DNA of 15,724 nucleotides, taken from assembly GCA_046318155.1 (NCBI GenBank), contig JBKCUU010000121.1, forward strand, positions 1 through 15,724, in the 5' to 3' direction. The notes below the pieces were generated by a model. That model did not search any database, was not told the DNA's origin, and saw nothing but the letters and a program-made list of their open reading frames with translations. This DNA comes from Bdellovibrio sp. (GTDB lineage Bacteria > Bdellovibrionota > Bdellovibrionia > Bdellovibrionales > Bdellovibrionaceae). Shown here piece after piece: positions 6,626 through 15,176 of the stretch; the stretch's first letter is position 1, and every line of letters starts with the position of its first letter. Position numbers and translations under genes: made by a program.

Positions 6626-8491
6626 GTGGTCAAACACGTTATCGCAATTCTAGGGATCTTCGTGGCCTCAGCCGCCGCCGCCCAAGACTATGTTCCCGGC
6701 GAAGTTCTCGTCAAAATGAAGGGCCGTGCCTCCGGCTCAAAGTCGGCTGCCTTCATGGGCAAAGTCTCCTCGAAGCTCGCACTGAAGACGACCTATGGCC
6801 GTCTGAACATCCATCACATGAGTCTTAAATCGGGCCAAGATCTGCAAAAAGTGTTGGCCGAGTTGCGCGAAAATCCTGATGTCGAGTTTGCGGAGCCCAA
6901 TTTTGTTTTACGTAAAGTGCAAGAGGCACCTGGTCCCGGCAACCGCGTTTATTCCGTTGAAGAAGCAGGCCAAGTGGCCGCTCAATCGGCACCCGGTGAA
7001 TCCTACCACCAATCTTACGCCGATACCAAAGTGACCGAGACTTGGGCGCAGCTGAACGCGGGAAGTGACGATGTCATTGTGGCGGTTATTGATACCGGCG
7101 TTGATTACGCGCACGAGGTTTTTACAGAAACCAATTCGATCTGGAGAAATCCAGGCGAAATCGCCGGCAACGGGGTCGATGACGACGGCAACGGTTTTAT
7201 TGATGACATCCGTGGGTGGAACTTTCAGGGGCGCAACAATAATCCCATGGATGATGATGACCACGGCACCCACGTGGCTGGGATCGTTGTGGGAGTGGGA
7301 CAAGACATCATCCTCGGGCCTCGTGAGAATTCAAAAATCAAAATCATGCCTTTGAAATTCTTAGGTGCTGATGGGTCGGGTTCAACTTCAGATGCGATCT
7401 CGGCGATCTACTATGCCGCCAATAATCAGGCGCAAGTGATAAACAACTCCTGGGGCGGCGGAAGCTATAGCCAATCGCTTCACGATGCTCTTGCCTACGC
7501 TTACAGCCAAGGTGTGGTGCTGGTCGCGGCGGCTGGCAACTCCAAATCAAATAATGATTCAAGCCCCCTTTACCCTGCTAACTATCCCGTGCCCAGTCAA
7601 ATCTCGGTTGCGGCAACCAATGATTGGGATGTGCTGGCTTCATTTTCTAACTACGGTGCAAGTACGGTTCACATGGCAGCTCCCGGTGTGGGCATTTACT
7701 CGACCGTTCCTGGAAACTACTTTCGTTATATGAGCGGAACTTCGATGGCGGCACCCTTCGTCGCCGGGCTTGCGGCCTTGGCGATTCGAGAGGCACCGCA
7801 TTTGAGTGGTTATCAAATTCGCAATCTCGTGATTAACGCTTCATCGCCCATCGCCGCGCTCGCGCCGCGAACCGCCTCGGGATCGCGCGCCAATAGTTTG
7901 AGCACTGTCGTCAGCGCCAAAGGCCAAGGTGCGGTCAGTGCCGAGCAGCCTGGTTATGTCGCCTCGGCTCCGGCTGGTTACCGCGCGCCCGGTTCGGTTG
8001 AAGCAGCAGGTGGCTGCGGCTTGGTCTCAACCGCCGTCATGAGGCAGTCGTTCGGCAAGGGCGGCGGAACAAAAGGGGGGGGCTCCTCAGGATCGCCTCT
8101 GGGGTTGATTGTGGCGCTCACGCTTTTGCCTGTGCTGGCTTGGCAAGTGATTCGAATGCACGCTTTGGCGAATCCAAAAAATCGTCGCCGCTTTGAGCGC
8201 TTCGTGATGAATTCAGAAGTTAAAGTTCGCGTTGGTGATCGCGAGTTGGTCGGACAAATGAACACGATCTCGATGGGTGGGGTGTCGTTTAAAGCCGATG
8301 CCTTGCTTGAGCAAGGCGGCGTGGTCACCTTGCAGATCGCCAGTCCCGACGGACAACAGCAGGTGCAGGTCGAAGGCCGCATCGTCTGGAGTGAGCAGAA
8401 CCAAGCTTACGGTGTGCAATTCGGCGAGAACAAGGCCTCGGCCTTGGACAGCATCAAAGATTGGACGAAGGGTCTTGCCAAGGCCTCTTAG
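6626..8491 (+). CDS. S8 subtilisin-like serine protease with signal peptide, prodomain, C-terminal TM anchor and PilZ domain
   Basis: GGGAG SD then GTG. Signal peptide ending ASAAAA/QD. Prodomain YVPGEVLVK...VEFAEPN. Catalytic triad VAVIDTG, HGTHVAG, SGTSMAAP and oxyanion AAAGN. TM PLGLIVALTLLPVLAWQVI. PilZ motifs RRRFER and TISMGG...GRIVW...YGVQF. Confidence 0.93.
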   Translation: MVKHVIAILGIFVASAAAAQDYVPGEVLVKMKGRASGSKSAAFMGKVSSKLALKTTYGRLNIHHMSLKSGQDLQKVLAELRENPDVEFAEPNFVLRKVQEAPGPGNRVYSVEEAGQVAAQSAPGESYHQSYADTKVTETWAQLNAGSDDVIVAVIDTGVDYAHEVFTETNSIWRNPGEIAGNGVDDDGNGFIDDIRGWNFQGRNNNPMDDDDHGTHVAGIVVGVGQDIILGPRENSKIKIMPLKFLGADGSGSTSDAISAIYYAANNQAQVINNSWGGGSYSQSLHDALAYAYSQGVVLVAAAGNSKSNNDSSPLYPANYPVPSQISVAATNDWDVLASFSNYGASTVHMAAPGVGIYSTVPGNYFRYMSGTSMAAPFVAGLAALAIREAPHLSGYQIRNLVINASSPIAALAPRTASGSRANSLSTVVSAKGQGAVSAEQPGYVASAPAGYRAPGSVEAAGGCGLVSTAVMRQSFGKGGGTKGGGSSGSPLGLIVALTLLPVLAWQVIRMHALANPKNRRRFERFVMNSEVKVRVGDRELVGQMNTISMGGVSFKADALLEQGGVVTLQIASPDGQQQVQVEGRIVWSEQNQAYGVQFGENKASALDSIKDWTKGLAKAS

Positions 8492-8531
8492 ATTGAGGCT
8501 CGAGTGCGGGCCCATGGGAAGTCAGCTCAAG

Positions 8532-8572
8532 AAAAATAAAAACCCCTCTCGGCTCGAGAGGGGTTCTTGTTT
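8532..8572. terminator. Bidirectional intrinsic terminator
   Basis: Perfect 11-bp stem AACCCCTCTCG-GCT-CGAGAGGGGTT (8541-8565), A-rich on the left and T-rich on the right, between convergent genes. Confidence 0.9.
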
Positions 8573-8598
8573 GTCCCGACGTTGGAAGGTTGAGGAAA

Positions 8599-9174
8599 TT
8601 ACAAATTGAAAGGCGCTGAAACGCTGATGATCAACCCGTTATTATCGCGCGGATCTGTCGAGCTGAGATTCGTTGTCGTTGAACCTGATTTTGATTCTTT
8701 GGCTTTCGACATAAAGTACTCAAGATTGACGGAGATCATGGGTAAAAACGTAAAGCCAACGCCAACCTTGATCGGAGACTCGAGCGTGAGCTCAATGCTA
8801 TTACCTGAATCGGGTTTGGTCGTGTATTTTCTTTGCACACCATAACCAGCCCAAATGCGGGCCAAAACTGGCAGGTCAAGGCCCACATCCAAGTAAAGGT
8901 TCGAGGAATCCAGCTTTGAACTGCTTCCTTGTTCAGGCTTTGCATCGCCTCCCGTGATCATGCTGTAATCAACTGCAAACCAAGCCATGACCGGAAGCTT
9001 GTACCCCAGACGAAGGCCCACTGTCGGTCCCGTTAACTTGCTCGTCGTCGTTCCAATTTTTGATTCCGACGACTCGTACCCCAAGTAAGGTTCAACTAAG
9101 AAGCCCGCACTCGCCTGTGTTGCAAATCCAAGAGTCAGGGCAAAACTCACGCCCGTTAAGAAATTTTTAATCAC
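8599..9174 (-). CDS. Outer-membrane beta-barrel protein (small, OmpA-TM-like)
   Basis: GGAGG SD 5 nt before GTG 9174. Signal peptide ending ATQASA/G. Amphipathic strands (VEPYLGY, VGLRLGY, LYLDVGL, IKVGVGF, SVNLEY) and C-terminal strand ISVSAPFNL. Confidence 0.82.
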   Translation of the reverse strand: MIKNFLTGVSFALTLGFATQASAGFLVEPYLGYESSESKIGTTTSKLTGPTVGLRLGYKLPVMAWFAVDYSMITGGDAKPEQGSSSKLDSSNLYLDVGLDLPVLARIWAGYGVQRKYTTKPDSGNSIELTLESPIKVGVGFTFLPMISVNLEYFMSKAKESKSGSTTTNLSSTDPRDNNGLIISVSAPFNL

Positions 9175-9190
9175 AAAAGCCTCCATTAAT

Positions 9191-9208
9191 TAATGTCTCT
9201 AATGTCTC
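9191..9208. repeat. Tandem 9-bp repeat TAATGTCTC x2
   Basis: Perfect copies at 9191-9199 and 9200-9208, directly upstream of the beta-barrel gene SD. Confidence 0.7.
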
Positions 9209-9959
9209 AAGAGTGATCCCATTTTTTCAGCCTGTAAAGCCCCGAAACAGATCTCTCGACCTCGGTGGGTCCAGATGATCTCGAGGCCAGAAACTCGGTC
9301 CAACGGGTGGTGGCTCCGGGCAGATTGGATTCAAAAAATGGGGGGAGCGGGCTTTGCAAAACTTGAGTGGTTCCTCGTGGCGCCCAGATCAAGGCGGCGG
9401 CGTGCAGTCCCAAGCGCAGATCCGCGACGTGCTTGGCCAGATTTTGATTGTACTTAGGGTCTCCGTACCTGGAGTCTCCGACAAGTTCACACTTTGCAAT
9501 TGCGGCGTGCTTTCGGATCTGGTGCTGACGACCCGTTTCAAGAATCATCGCCGAAAAAATCAAATGACGAGACTCCAACAGCGGACACATTTTTGTCCAG
9601 CAAGGAACGCGGTCTTTCGAGAGGCCTTGAGGGTTTTTGCGCCCCTCAGATTTGTCGGTGAGGGCCCAATCCCAAACGCGGGCTTCGGGTGTAAAATCTT
9701 GAGGCCGGCGGTGCAAGCCGACGTAAATTTTTTGCGTCGATTCGCTTTGCCAAAGCTTTTGGTAGGCTTTGACCTTGTCGCTCGAGCGGATGGTGATCAC
9801 GAGGCCGCTGGTCTCGGCATCCAAGCGGTTCAAAAAGTGGGCGGGTCTTGAGTGCTGGGCCTGAATCATTTCGAGCAAAGAGGGCGCCTCATTGTGGGTG
9901 CTCATACCAGTTGGCTTGTCCCAGACATCAAAATCCGGAGCGGCGAGGAGCGGGTTCAT
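9207..9959 (-). CDS. RluA-family RNA pseudouridine synthase (no S4 domain)
   Basis: DKPTGM, NRLDAETSG (catalytic Asp), ETGRQHQIRKH, VGDSRYG, LHAAAL. TGATG coupling to mgtE. Confidence 0.92.
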   Translation of the reverse strand: MNPLLAAPDFDVWDKPTGMSTHNEAPSLLEMIQAQHSRPAHFLNRLDAETSGLVITIRSSDKVKAYQKLWQSESTQKIYVGLHRRPQDFTPEARVWDWALTDKSEGRKNPQGLSKDRVPCWTKMCPLLESRHLIFSAMILETGRQHQIRKHAAIAKCELVGDSRYGDPKYNQNLAKHVADLRLGLHAAALIWAPRGTTQVLQSPLPPFFESNLPGATTRWTEFLASRSSGPTEVERSVSGLYRLKKWDHS

Positions 9960-11362
9960 CAAAGCAGCGTACCTGCCATGATCAGGCTGGCCACGGTAAA
10001 GTAAATGATCAGACCGGTGACATCGACCAGGGTTGCGACAAAAGGCGCCGAGGCGGTGGCGGGATCGAGTTTACATTTGCGCAAAATAAAGGGCAGCATC
10101 GAGCCTGAAATCGTGCCCCAGAGAACGCAGCCAATGACGCTCACCCCCACGGTCATCGCGACGACCGCGTAGTGCTCGCCGTAAAGGGAATTGCGAGTTG
10201 GCCAAAAGTAAATCCGCGCCATCCCGACAAGTCCCAAAATCAACCCGAGTGAACCGCCGGCGGCGAGCTCGCGGATCAGCACCCGCCACCAGTCGCGCAG
10301 GCGCAATTCACCAAGAGCCATCGCGCGGATAATCAGCGTCGACGCCTGAGAGCCTGAATTACCACCACTCGAAATAATCAAAGGAATGAACAAAGCCAAG
10401 ATCACGGCTTTTTCGATTTCGTGATGAAAGTAACCCATGGCGGTTGCCGTGAACATTTCACCGACAAACAGGATAATCAGCCAGCCGGCACGTTTACGAA
10501 CCAGCTCAAAAAAACCAATCTTCATGTAAGGGGCGTCCAAAGTTTCGACGGCGCCTAATTTGTGAATATCCTCCGTGGCTTCTTCTTCAAGAACGTGGGC
10601 GATATCGTCAAAGGTCACGATCCCTTTGATGTGGTCCCATTCATCAACAACGGGGACGGCCATAAATTCATTCTGCGAAAAGATCTTGGCGACTTCTTCT
10701 TGATCCAGACCGACCGGAATTTTAATCAAATCCGTTTTCATCACGTCACGGATTTTTTTATGAGCCTGAGACGAGAACAGTTCGCGAAAGGACACAACCC
10801 CCAGCAGAGTTTGATCGGCATCGATGACGTAGGCGTAATAAATGGTTTCGACCTGCGTTTTGGCTTGAATCCGTAAGTAGCTGATCGCCTCATCCACGCT
10901 CATGTCGGGCCGAAGGCGAATGAAGCGTGAACTCATCAAGCCACCGGCGTTGTCTTCAGAATAAGCTAAGAGGGCGGTGACTTCCCGGCGGGTTTGCGTA
11001 TCCAAGCAGTCCAAGATCTCATCGCGGTGTTCGAGCCCCATCTCTTGAATCAAATCGGCGACGTCATCGGGCGCGAGCAAGCGAACCCAGGCCCGCTTTT
11101 CTTTGGGCTGGGCCTCTAAGATCAATTCGGATTGGGCATGGGCCTTGAGGCTTAAAAACAATTCGACGGCTTCGGGGCGAGCCAAGCTTGCAAACGCGGA
11201 TTTGCGCTCGCCGATCGACATCGCGCTCCAGGTCTCGAGCATCACATCAAAAGGATCGGCCTCGCTGGAGGAAGAGGACGGCAGTTCGTGGCCCTCGTCT
11301 GGCCGCAAGTTTTCGATTTCAGGCGTCGGGAGATCCTTCGGATCTTGATCAGAACTCGTCAC
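9959..11362 (-). CDS. mgtE: Magnesium transporter MgtE
   Basis: MgtE_N domain, CBS pair (AGGLM...ETIYYAYVID, VPVVD...GIVTFDD), five-TM domain with GGNSGSQ and DPATASAPFVATLVDVTG. Confidence 0.96.
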   Translation of the reverse strand: MTSSDQDPKDLPTPEIENLRPDEGHELPSSSSSEADPFDVMLETWSAMSIGERKSAFASLARPEAVELFLSLKAHAQSELILEAQPKEKRAWVRLLAPDDVADLIQEMGLEHRDEILDCLDTQTRREVTALLAYSEDNAGGLMSSRFIRLRPDMSVDEAISYLRIQAKTQVETIYYAYVIDADQTLLGVVSFRELFSSQAHKKIRDVMKTDLIKIPVGLDQEEVAKIFSQNEFMAVPVVDEWDHIKGIVTFDDIAHVLEEEATEDIHKLGAVETLDAPYMKIGFFELVRKRAGWLIILFVGEMFTATAMGYFHHEIEKAVILALFIPLIISSGGNSGSQASTLIIRAMALGELRLRDWWRVLIRELAAGGSLGLILGLVGMARIYFWPTRNSLYGEHYAVVAMTVGVSVIGCVLWGTISGSMLPFILRKCKLDPATASAPFVATLVDVTGLIIYFTVASLIMAGTLL

Positions 11363-13299
11363 TCGCCTAACATGCCCGAGCTTGGGGCAAAGGACAAGTT
11401 GGCCTTTTCGAATTCCTCCAAAACTTCACGGGTGGGGCCGAGCCGGTGAACCTGCCCGTTTTGTAGCCAGAGGATGCGGTCGCAGGAACGCAATGTCGAC
11501 AGGCGGTGGGCAATGATGATTTGCGTTCGCCCGGCAAAAAAGTCCTCGGTGGCTCGAACCAGAATTTCTTCACTTTTGGGATCAATCGCGCTGGTGGCCT
11601 CGTCCATCACGACGACGGGGCTATTCTGGAGCAGGCAGCGGGCCAGACAGATCAGCTGTTTTTCACCGACCGAAAGATTGCGGCCTTTTTCATCGATGAT
11701 CTTATTCAATCCCGCTTCGTCCGACCACTCTTCAAGGCCCACGCGTTTGAGAACGCCGGCCAATTCTTGATCGGTGTGCTCAAACTCGACATCCAAGTTG
11801 TCGCGCAAGGTTCCGCGGAACAAGGCCGGGTCCTGCGCAATAAAGGCGACCGAGCGCCGATACGCTTTCAGGTCCAATACCGATGCAGATGAAGAGTCTG
11901 AGTGACGAGGCGACAAGCCGCTGATGCTGATCCGGCCTTGGTCAATGGGGTAAAGATGAAACAAGGCTTGAATCAAGCTGGATTTACCTGAACCTGTTCG
12001 TCCGACAATGCCAAAACGTTCGCCGGGTTTAATCTCAAAGCTCAAATTTTTGAGCACCCACGGCAAGTTTTCATTGTAGCGGAAGCTGACGTTGTCAAAG
12101 CGCACGGCGGCCGCTTTAAGACCCGTGAGTGGATTGGATTTGCGCTCTAGCAGATCGCGGGGCGCATCTGTTGCGTGCTCGGTTTTAAAAAGAACTTTCA
12201 GCGGAAGGCGCGAGCCCGGCTCCAAGGGCGCTCGCAAGTATTGATTCATCCGCTCGACGCCCACCATCGCTTCTTCAAATTGCGCGAGCCATTCAAAAAA
12301 CATTTGGACGGTGTTGCCCGAGAGGGTAATAAAACCAAACGCAACACCCACGGCACCGACGCTTAAAGAGCCATTTTGCACGCCCCACAGAGCTAGAAAC
12401 GCAGACCCAATCAACATCAAAGCGGTGAGGATATTCATCTGCAAAGCAAAGTTCACGATGGCTTTTGTCGTTCGCAATTTTTGCAATAAATAATAGTTGT
12501 CCAGACCTTCAAAGCGTTTTGAAAAACTGTCTTGCTTGATAAAGCTGCGAATCGTCGAAGCCCCTTGTGCGGTTTCAGAAAAATGTGCGACCGAGGGCGA
12601 GCGGCTGGCCGAAAGTTCGCGCCGGCAATCGCGCAAGGTTGTTTGATTGCGCTTGTAAACCTGGTACTGAAAAAATCCTAAGACCACGATCAAAGGGAGG
12701 AAGAAAGGGCCGGCAACGGCGGTGAGCACCAGCATCCAAAACAGATCAAAAATGATGGATAAAAATTCGGCCAAGGGTCCACCAAAAAGGCGAAAGACAT
12801 TGCCGTAGTCGCTCGAAAAGCGAGTGACGACACGGCCAACGGGCGTTTGGTCAAAAAACGACATCGGAAAACGCGACGTTCGTAATGTGGTTTCATCATA
12901 CAGTGTGCTCACGGCATGGGCCGATACACCCGAAAATCCGACGCGAAAAATCCAGGTGAGAAAAAAACCCGAGACAACCATGGCTGAGAGCAACTGGATA
13001 AAGTCATCATTACCATAACTTTGGAGCCAGCCTGGAAGAGTCCGGCAGCCGGGGCCTTGGCAAAGCGAATCCACCCACCAGCCGATGATATTGGCGTTTG
13101 CTAGAAGCAGAGCGCGGCCGACAAAGCCCAGGATCAAGAACAGCAAAAGCCAAAGCCGGTAGGGCGCGTAGGCAAACTTCAAGGCTTGAAAAACGGCCGG
13201 ATCAAACTTTCCTTGAAAGCGGCTTTCGGACTGGATCAATTTGTCGTTCTGACTTTGGATCTGATTTTGGGGGGAACTTTTGTTCGAGGATTTGCTCAT
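11359..13299 (-). CDS. ABC exporter half (TMD+NBD), ABCC/MRP C-terminal-half type
   Basis: PMSFFDQTPVGRVVTRFSSD, SRSPSVAHFSETAQGASTIRSF, VGVERMNQY, Walker A GRTGSGKSS, QDPALFRGTLRDNLD, degenerate signature LSVGE, Walker B VMDEATSAID, IAHRL. Confidence 0.93.
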   Translation of the reverse strand: MSKSSNKSSPQNQIQSQNDKLIQSESRFQGKFDPAVFQALKFAYAPYRLWLLLFLILGFVGRALLLANANIIGWWVDSLCQGPGCRTLPGWLQSYGNDDFIQLLSAMVVSGFFLTWIFRVGFSGVSAHAVSTLYDETTLRTSRFPMSFFDQTPVGRVVTRFSSDYGNVFRLFGGPLAEFLSIIFDLFWMLVLTAVAGPFFLPLIVVLGFFQYQVYKRNQTTLRDCRRELSASRSPSVAHFSETAQGASTIRSFIKQDSFSKRFEGLDNYYLLQKLRTTKAIVNFALQMNILTALMLIGSAFLALWGVQNGSLSVGAVGVAFGFITLSGNTVQMFFEWLAQFEEAMVGVERMNQYLRAPLEPGSRLPLKVLFKTEHATDAPRDLLERKSNPLTGLKAAAVRFDNVSFRYNENLPWVLKNLSFEIKPGERFGIVGRTGSGKSSLIQALFHLYPIDQGRISISGLSPRHSDSSSASVLDLKAYRRSVAFIAQDPALFRGTLRDNLDVEFEHTDQELAGVLKRVGLEEWSDEAGLNKIIDEKGRNLSVGEKQLICLARCLLQNSPVVVMDEATSAIDPKSEEILVRATEDFFAGRTQIIIAHRLSTLRSCDRILWLQNGQVHRLGPTREVLEEFEKANLSFAPSSGMLGE

Positions 13300-15167
13300 C
13301 CGTCCTTCCCTTCGATCAAATCTAAGGAAGCGTTCGCGGCCTCATCCCCGGAGGCAACCAGGGGTAAGGGCTGAATCGAAGCGGTTTCATGTCGCTCTAA
13401 GCTGGCCGTGTAGTCACGAAACTCGGGGCTATTTTTCAAGAGTTCCGCAAAGGTGCCCTCTGCTTTGAGCCGCCCCTGATCCAAAAACAGAATGCGGTCC
13501 ACCTGACGCAAAACACTCAAGCGATGAGTGACCAGCAACCGCGAGCGGTTTTTCCAAGGACCTGAGAGCAAATTGTGAATCAATTTTTTCTCGGTGTCGA
13601 CATCGACGGCGCTTAAGCAGTCATCCAAGAGGACGATGGGGGATTGATAAAAATCCACGCGGGCCAAGCTGACCCGCTGCTTTTGCCCGCCTGACAAGTT
13701 GACCCCGCGTTCGCCGATATCGGTGTCAAGACCGTTTTCGACCCGCTCTTTTTCGATGTCAAACTGGGCTCGGCTGAGGCTGGCTAAAATAAGGGGATCA
13801 TTTTCTTTGTCGGAGTTGTACTGAAAGGCCACGTTTTCACGTAAGGTCGCCGACATGATAAAGCCTTCTTGCGGTACAAAGGTAAAAAACTGGCGCAGCT
13901 GATCGAGAGGCAGCTTGCGGGCATCATTTTCGCCGATCCAAAATTCTTTAAACGTCGCGCCCGTTTCGCCCATGAGCGAAAAGAGCAGCAAACTCTTGCC
14001 GCTGCCGACTTCGCCGACGATGGCTAAGAATTCTCCGACTTTGACTTCAAAATTAAGATCTTCAAGCAGCGAGTGTCCGTCAATCTCAAGACTGAGGCCG
14101 CGTACTTTTAAAGCGGGGTCGGGAGTCTCTAGACTGATGAGTTTTTGGAATTCGCGCGCCCTGGGCAGCGGTTCACGGTTGCGCAGCAAGAGGAGCTCGG
14201 AGACTCGTTTAATCGATGTCCAGGCATCAAATACAAACGTAAAAAACCAGGGCATCTGCCGAAAGGGGCGGGTCATAAAAATGGCAACAATCCACAAAAG
14301 TGCCAGCAAGGTTCCTGACGTGATCGTTTCTTTTTGGATGTTGATCAAGACCGAGATCAGCACGACGTTCAAAACAAACGTGATGCTCGAAGCAATTCCA
14401 TTCATCGTCTGCCCATTGTTGAGCATCGAGATCCGGTTGCGAGTTTCGACCCGCCGCACGTGAAAAATCTTTTCTTCAAAAGCCGAGATCCAGCCCAGGA
14501 TGCGCAGCGTGCGCATGTTTTGGATCCACTCATTGACGTAGCCCACGCGGTCGGCGGCCAAGCGCTTAAACTGAAAAAAGTATTCGCTCTGGCGAAAAGC
14601 TAGAAAAAAGTTAAGTACGAGCACGGCGCCTAAGATCGGAAGCAGGACGCTGGCGGGCACATTTAAAAAATAAATCAAAACAAGCGGAGCGAGCGTCAGC
14701 GGAAACACAATGCCCAAACCTTGCGGAAGACTTTGCTCCAGAAGAATGGTCGCTCCCGGCACATCGACAGTGTAGATCGAGACGATCTCGCCCACGGGTT
14801 TTCGGTGCAAGGATTCTGTTCGCAGCGAGAGCGTGTGATCGTAAAGACGTTGCGACAAACGACGCTGCATCCAAAGCGATTCGCGGGTGCCCAGGTAGAT
14901 GACGGCCTGGCTTAAAGCAAGAGCTCCGAGCAAACTTAGAAAAGTGAGAAAGAGAAGGCTGCCCTGAGAAAAAGCGTCGAGTGCTCGAATCTGAACAAAC
15001 GAAAATTGCGAAGAGCCCGAGAGGCGGTCTAAAAAAACTTTCTGAAACAGGGGCCCCAGTAGTCCGCACACAGTCGAGAGAAAAGCCAGAGCCAGCATCA
15101 GGACTCGAACCCAAAACCGCGTGAAAAGAATCTCAAGAAGGAGTCGAAGTGGGGAGGCATTCATCAC
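13296..15167 (-). CDS. ABC exporter half (TMD+NBD), ABCC/MRP N-terminal-half type
   Basis: DRVGYVNEWIQNMRTLRILGW, SIKRVSELL, Walker A GEVGSGKS, IGERGVNLSGGQKQRVSLAR, degenerate Walker B LLDDCLSAVD, LVTHRL. Start is GTG 15167 or ATG 15164. Confidence 0.93.
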   Translation of the reverse strand: MMNASPLRLLLEILFTRFWVRVLMLALAFLSTVCGLLGPLFQKVFLDRLSGSSQFSFVQIRALDAFSQGSLLFLTFLSLLGALALSQAVIYLGTRESLWMQRRLSQRLYDHTLSLRTESLHRKPVGEIVSIYTVDVPGATILLEQSLPQGLGIVFPLTLAPLVLIYFLNVPASVLLPILGAVLVLNFFLAFRQSEYFFQFKRLAADRVGYVNEWIQNMRTLRILGWISAFEEKIFHVRRVETRNRISMLNNGQTMNGIASSITFVLNVVLISVLINIQKETITSGTLLALLWIVAIFMTRPFRQMPWFFTFVFDAWTSIKRVSELLLLRNREPLPRAREFQKLISLETPDPALKVRGLSLEIDGHSLLEDLNFEVKVGEFLAIVGEVGSGKSLLLFSLMGETGATFKEFWIGENDARKLPLDQLRQFFTFVPQEGFIMSATLRENVAFQYNSDKENDPLILASLSRAQFDIEKERVENGLDTDIGERGVNLSGGQKQRVSLARVDFYQSPIVLLDDCLSAVDVDTEKKLIHNLLSGPWKNRSRLLVTHRLSVLRQVDRILFLDQGRLKAEGTFAELLKNSPEFRDYTASLERHETASIQPLPLVASGDEAANASLDLIEGKDG

Positions 15168-15176
15168 GACTTCAGA

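Noticed and set aside
28..11362. apaG(corD) and mgtE as a magnesium-homeostasis cluster
   Set aside because: They are about 9.5 kb apart in different transcription units, and ApaG's role in Mg/Co transport is poorly established.
13915..15114. Alternative-frame and antisense ORFs (e.g. 13915-14463 +, 14611-15114 -, and similar ones across the window)
   Set aside because: They lie wholly within well-supported genes and carry no recognisable motifs.
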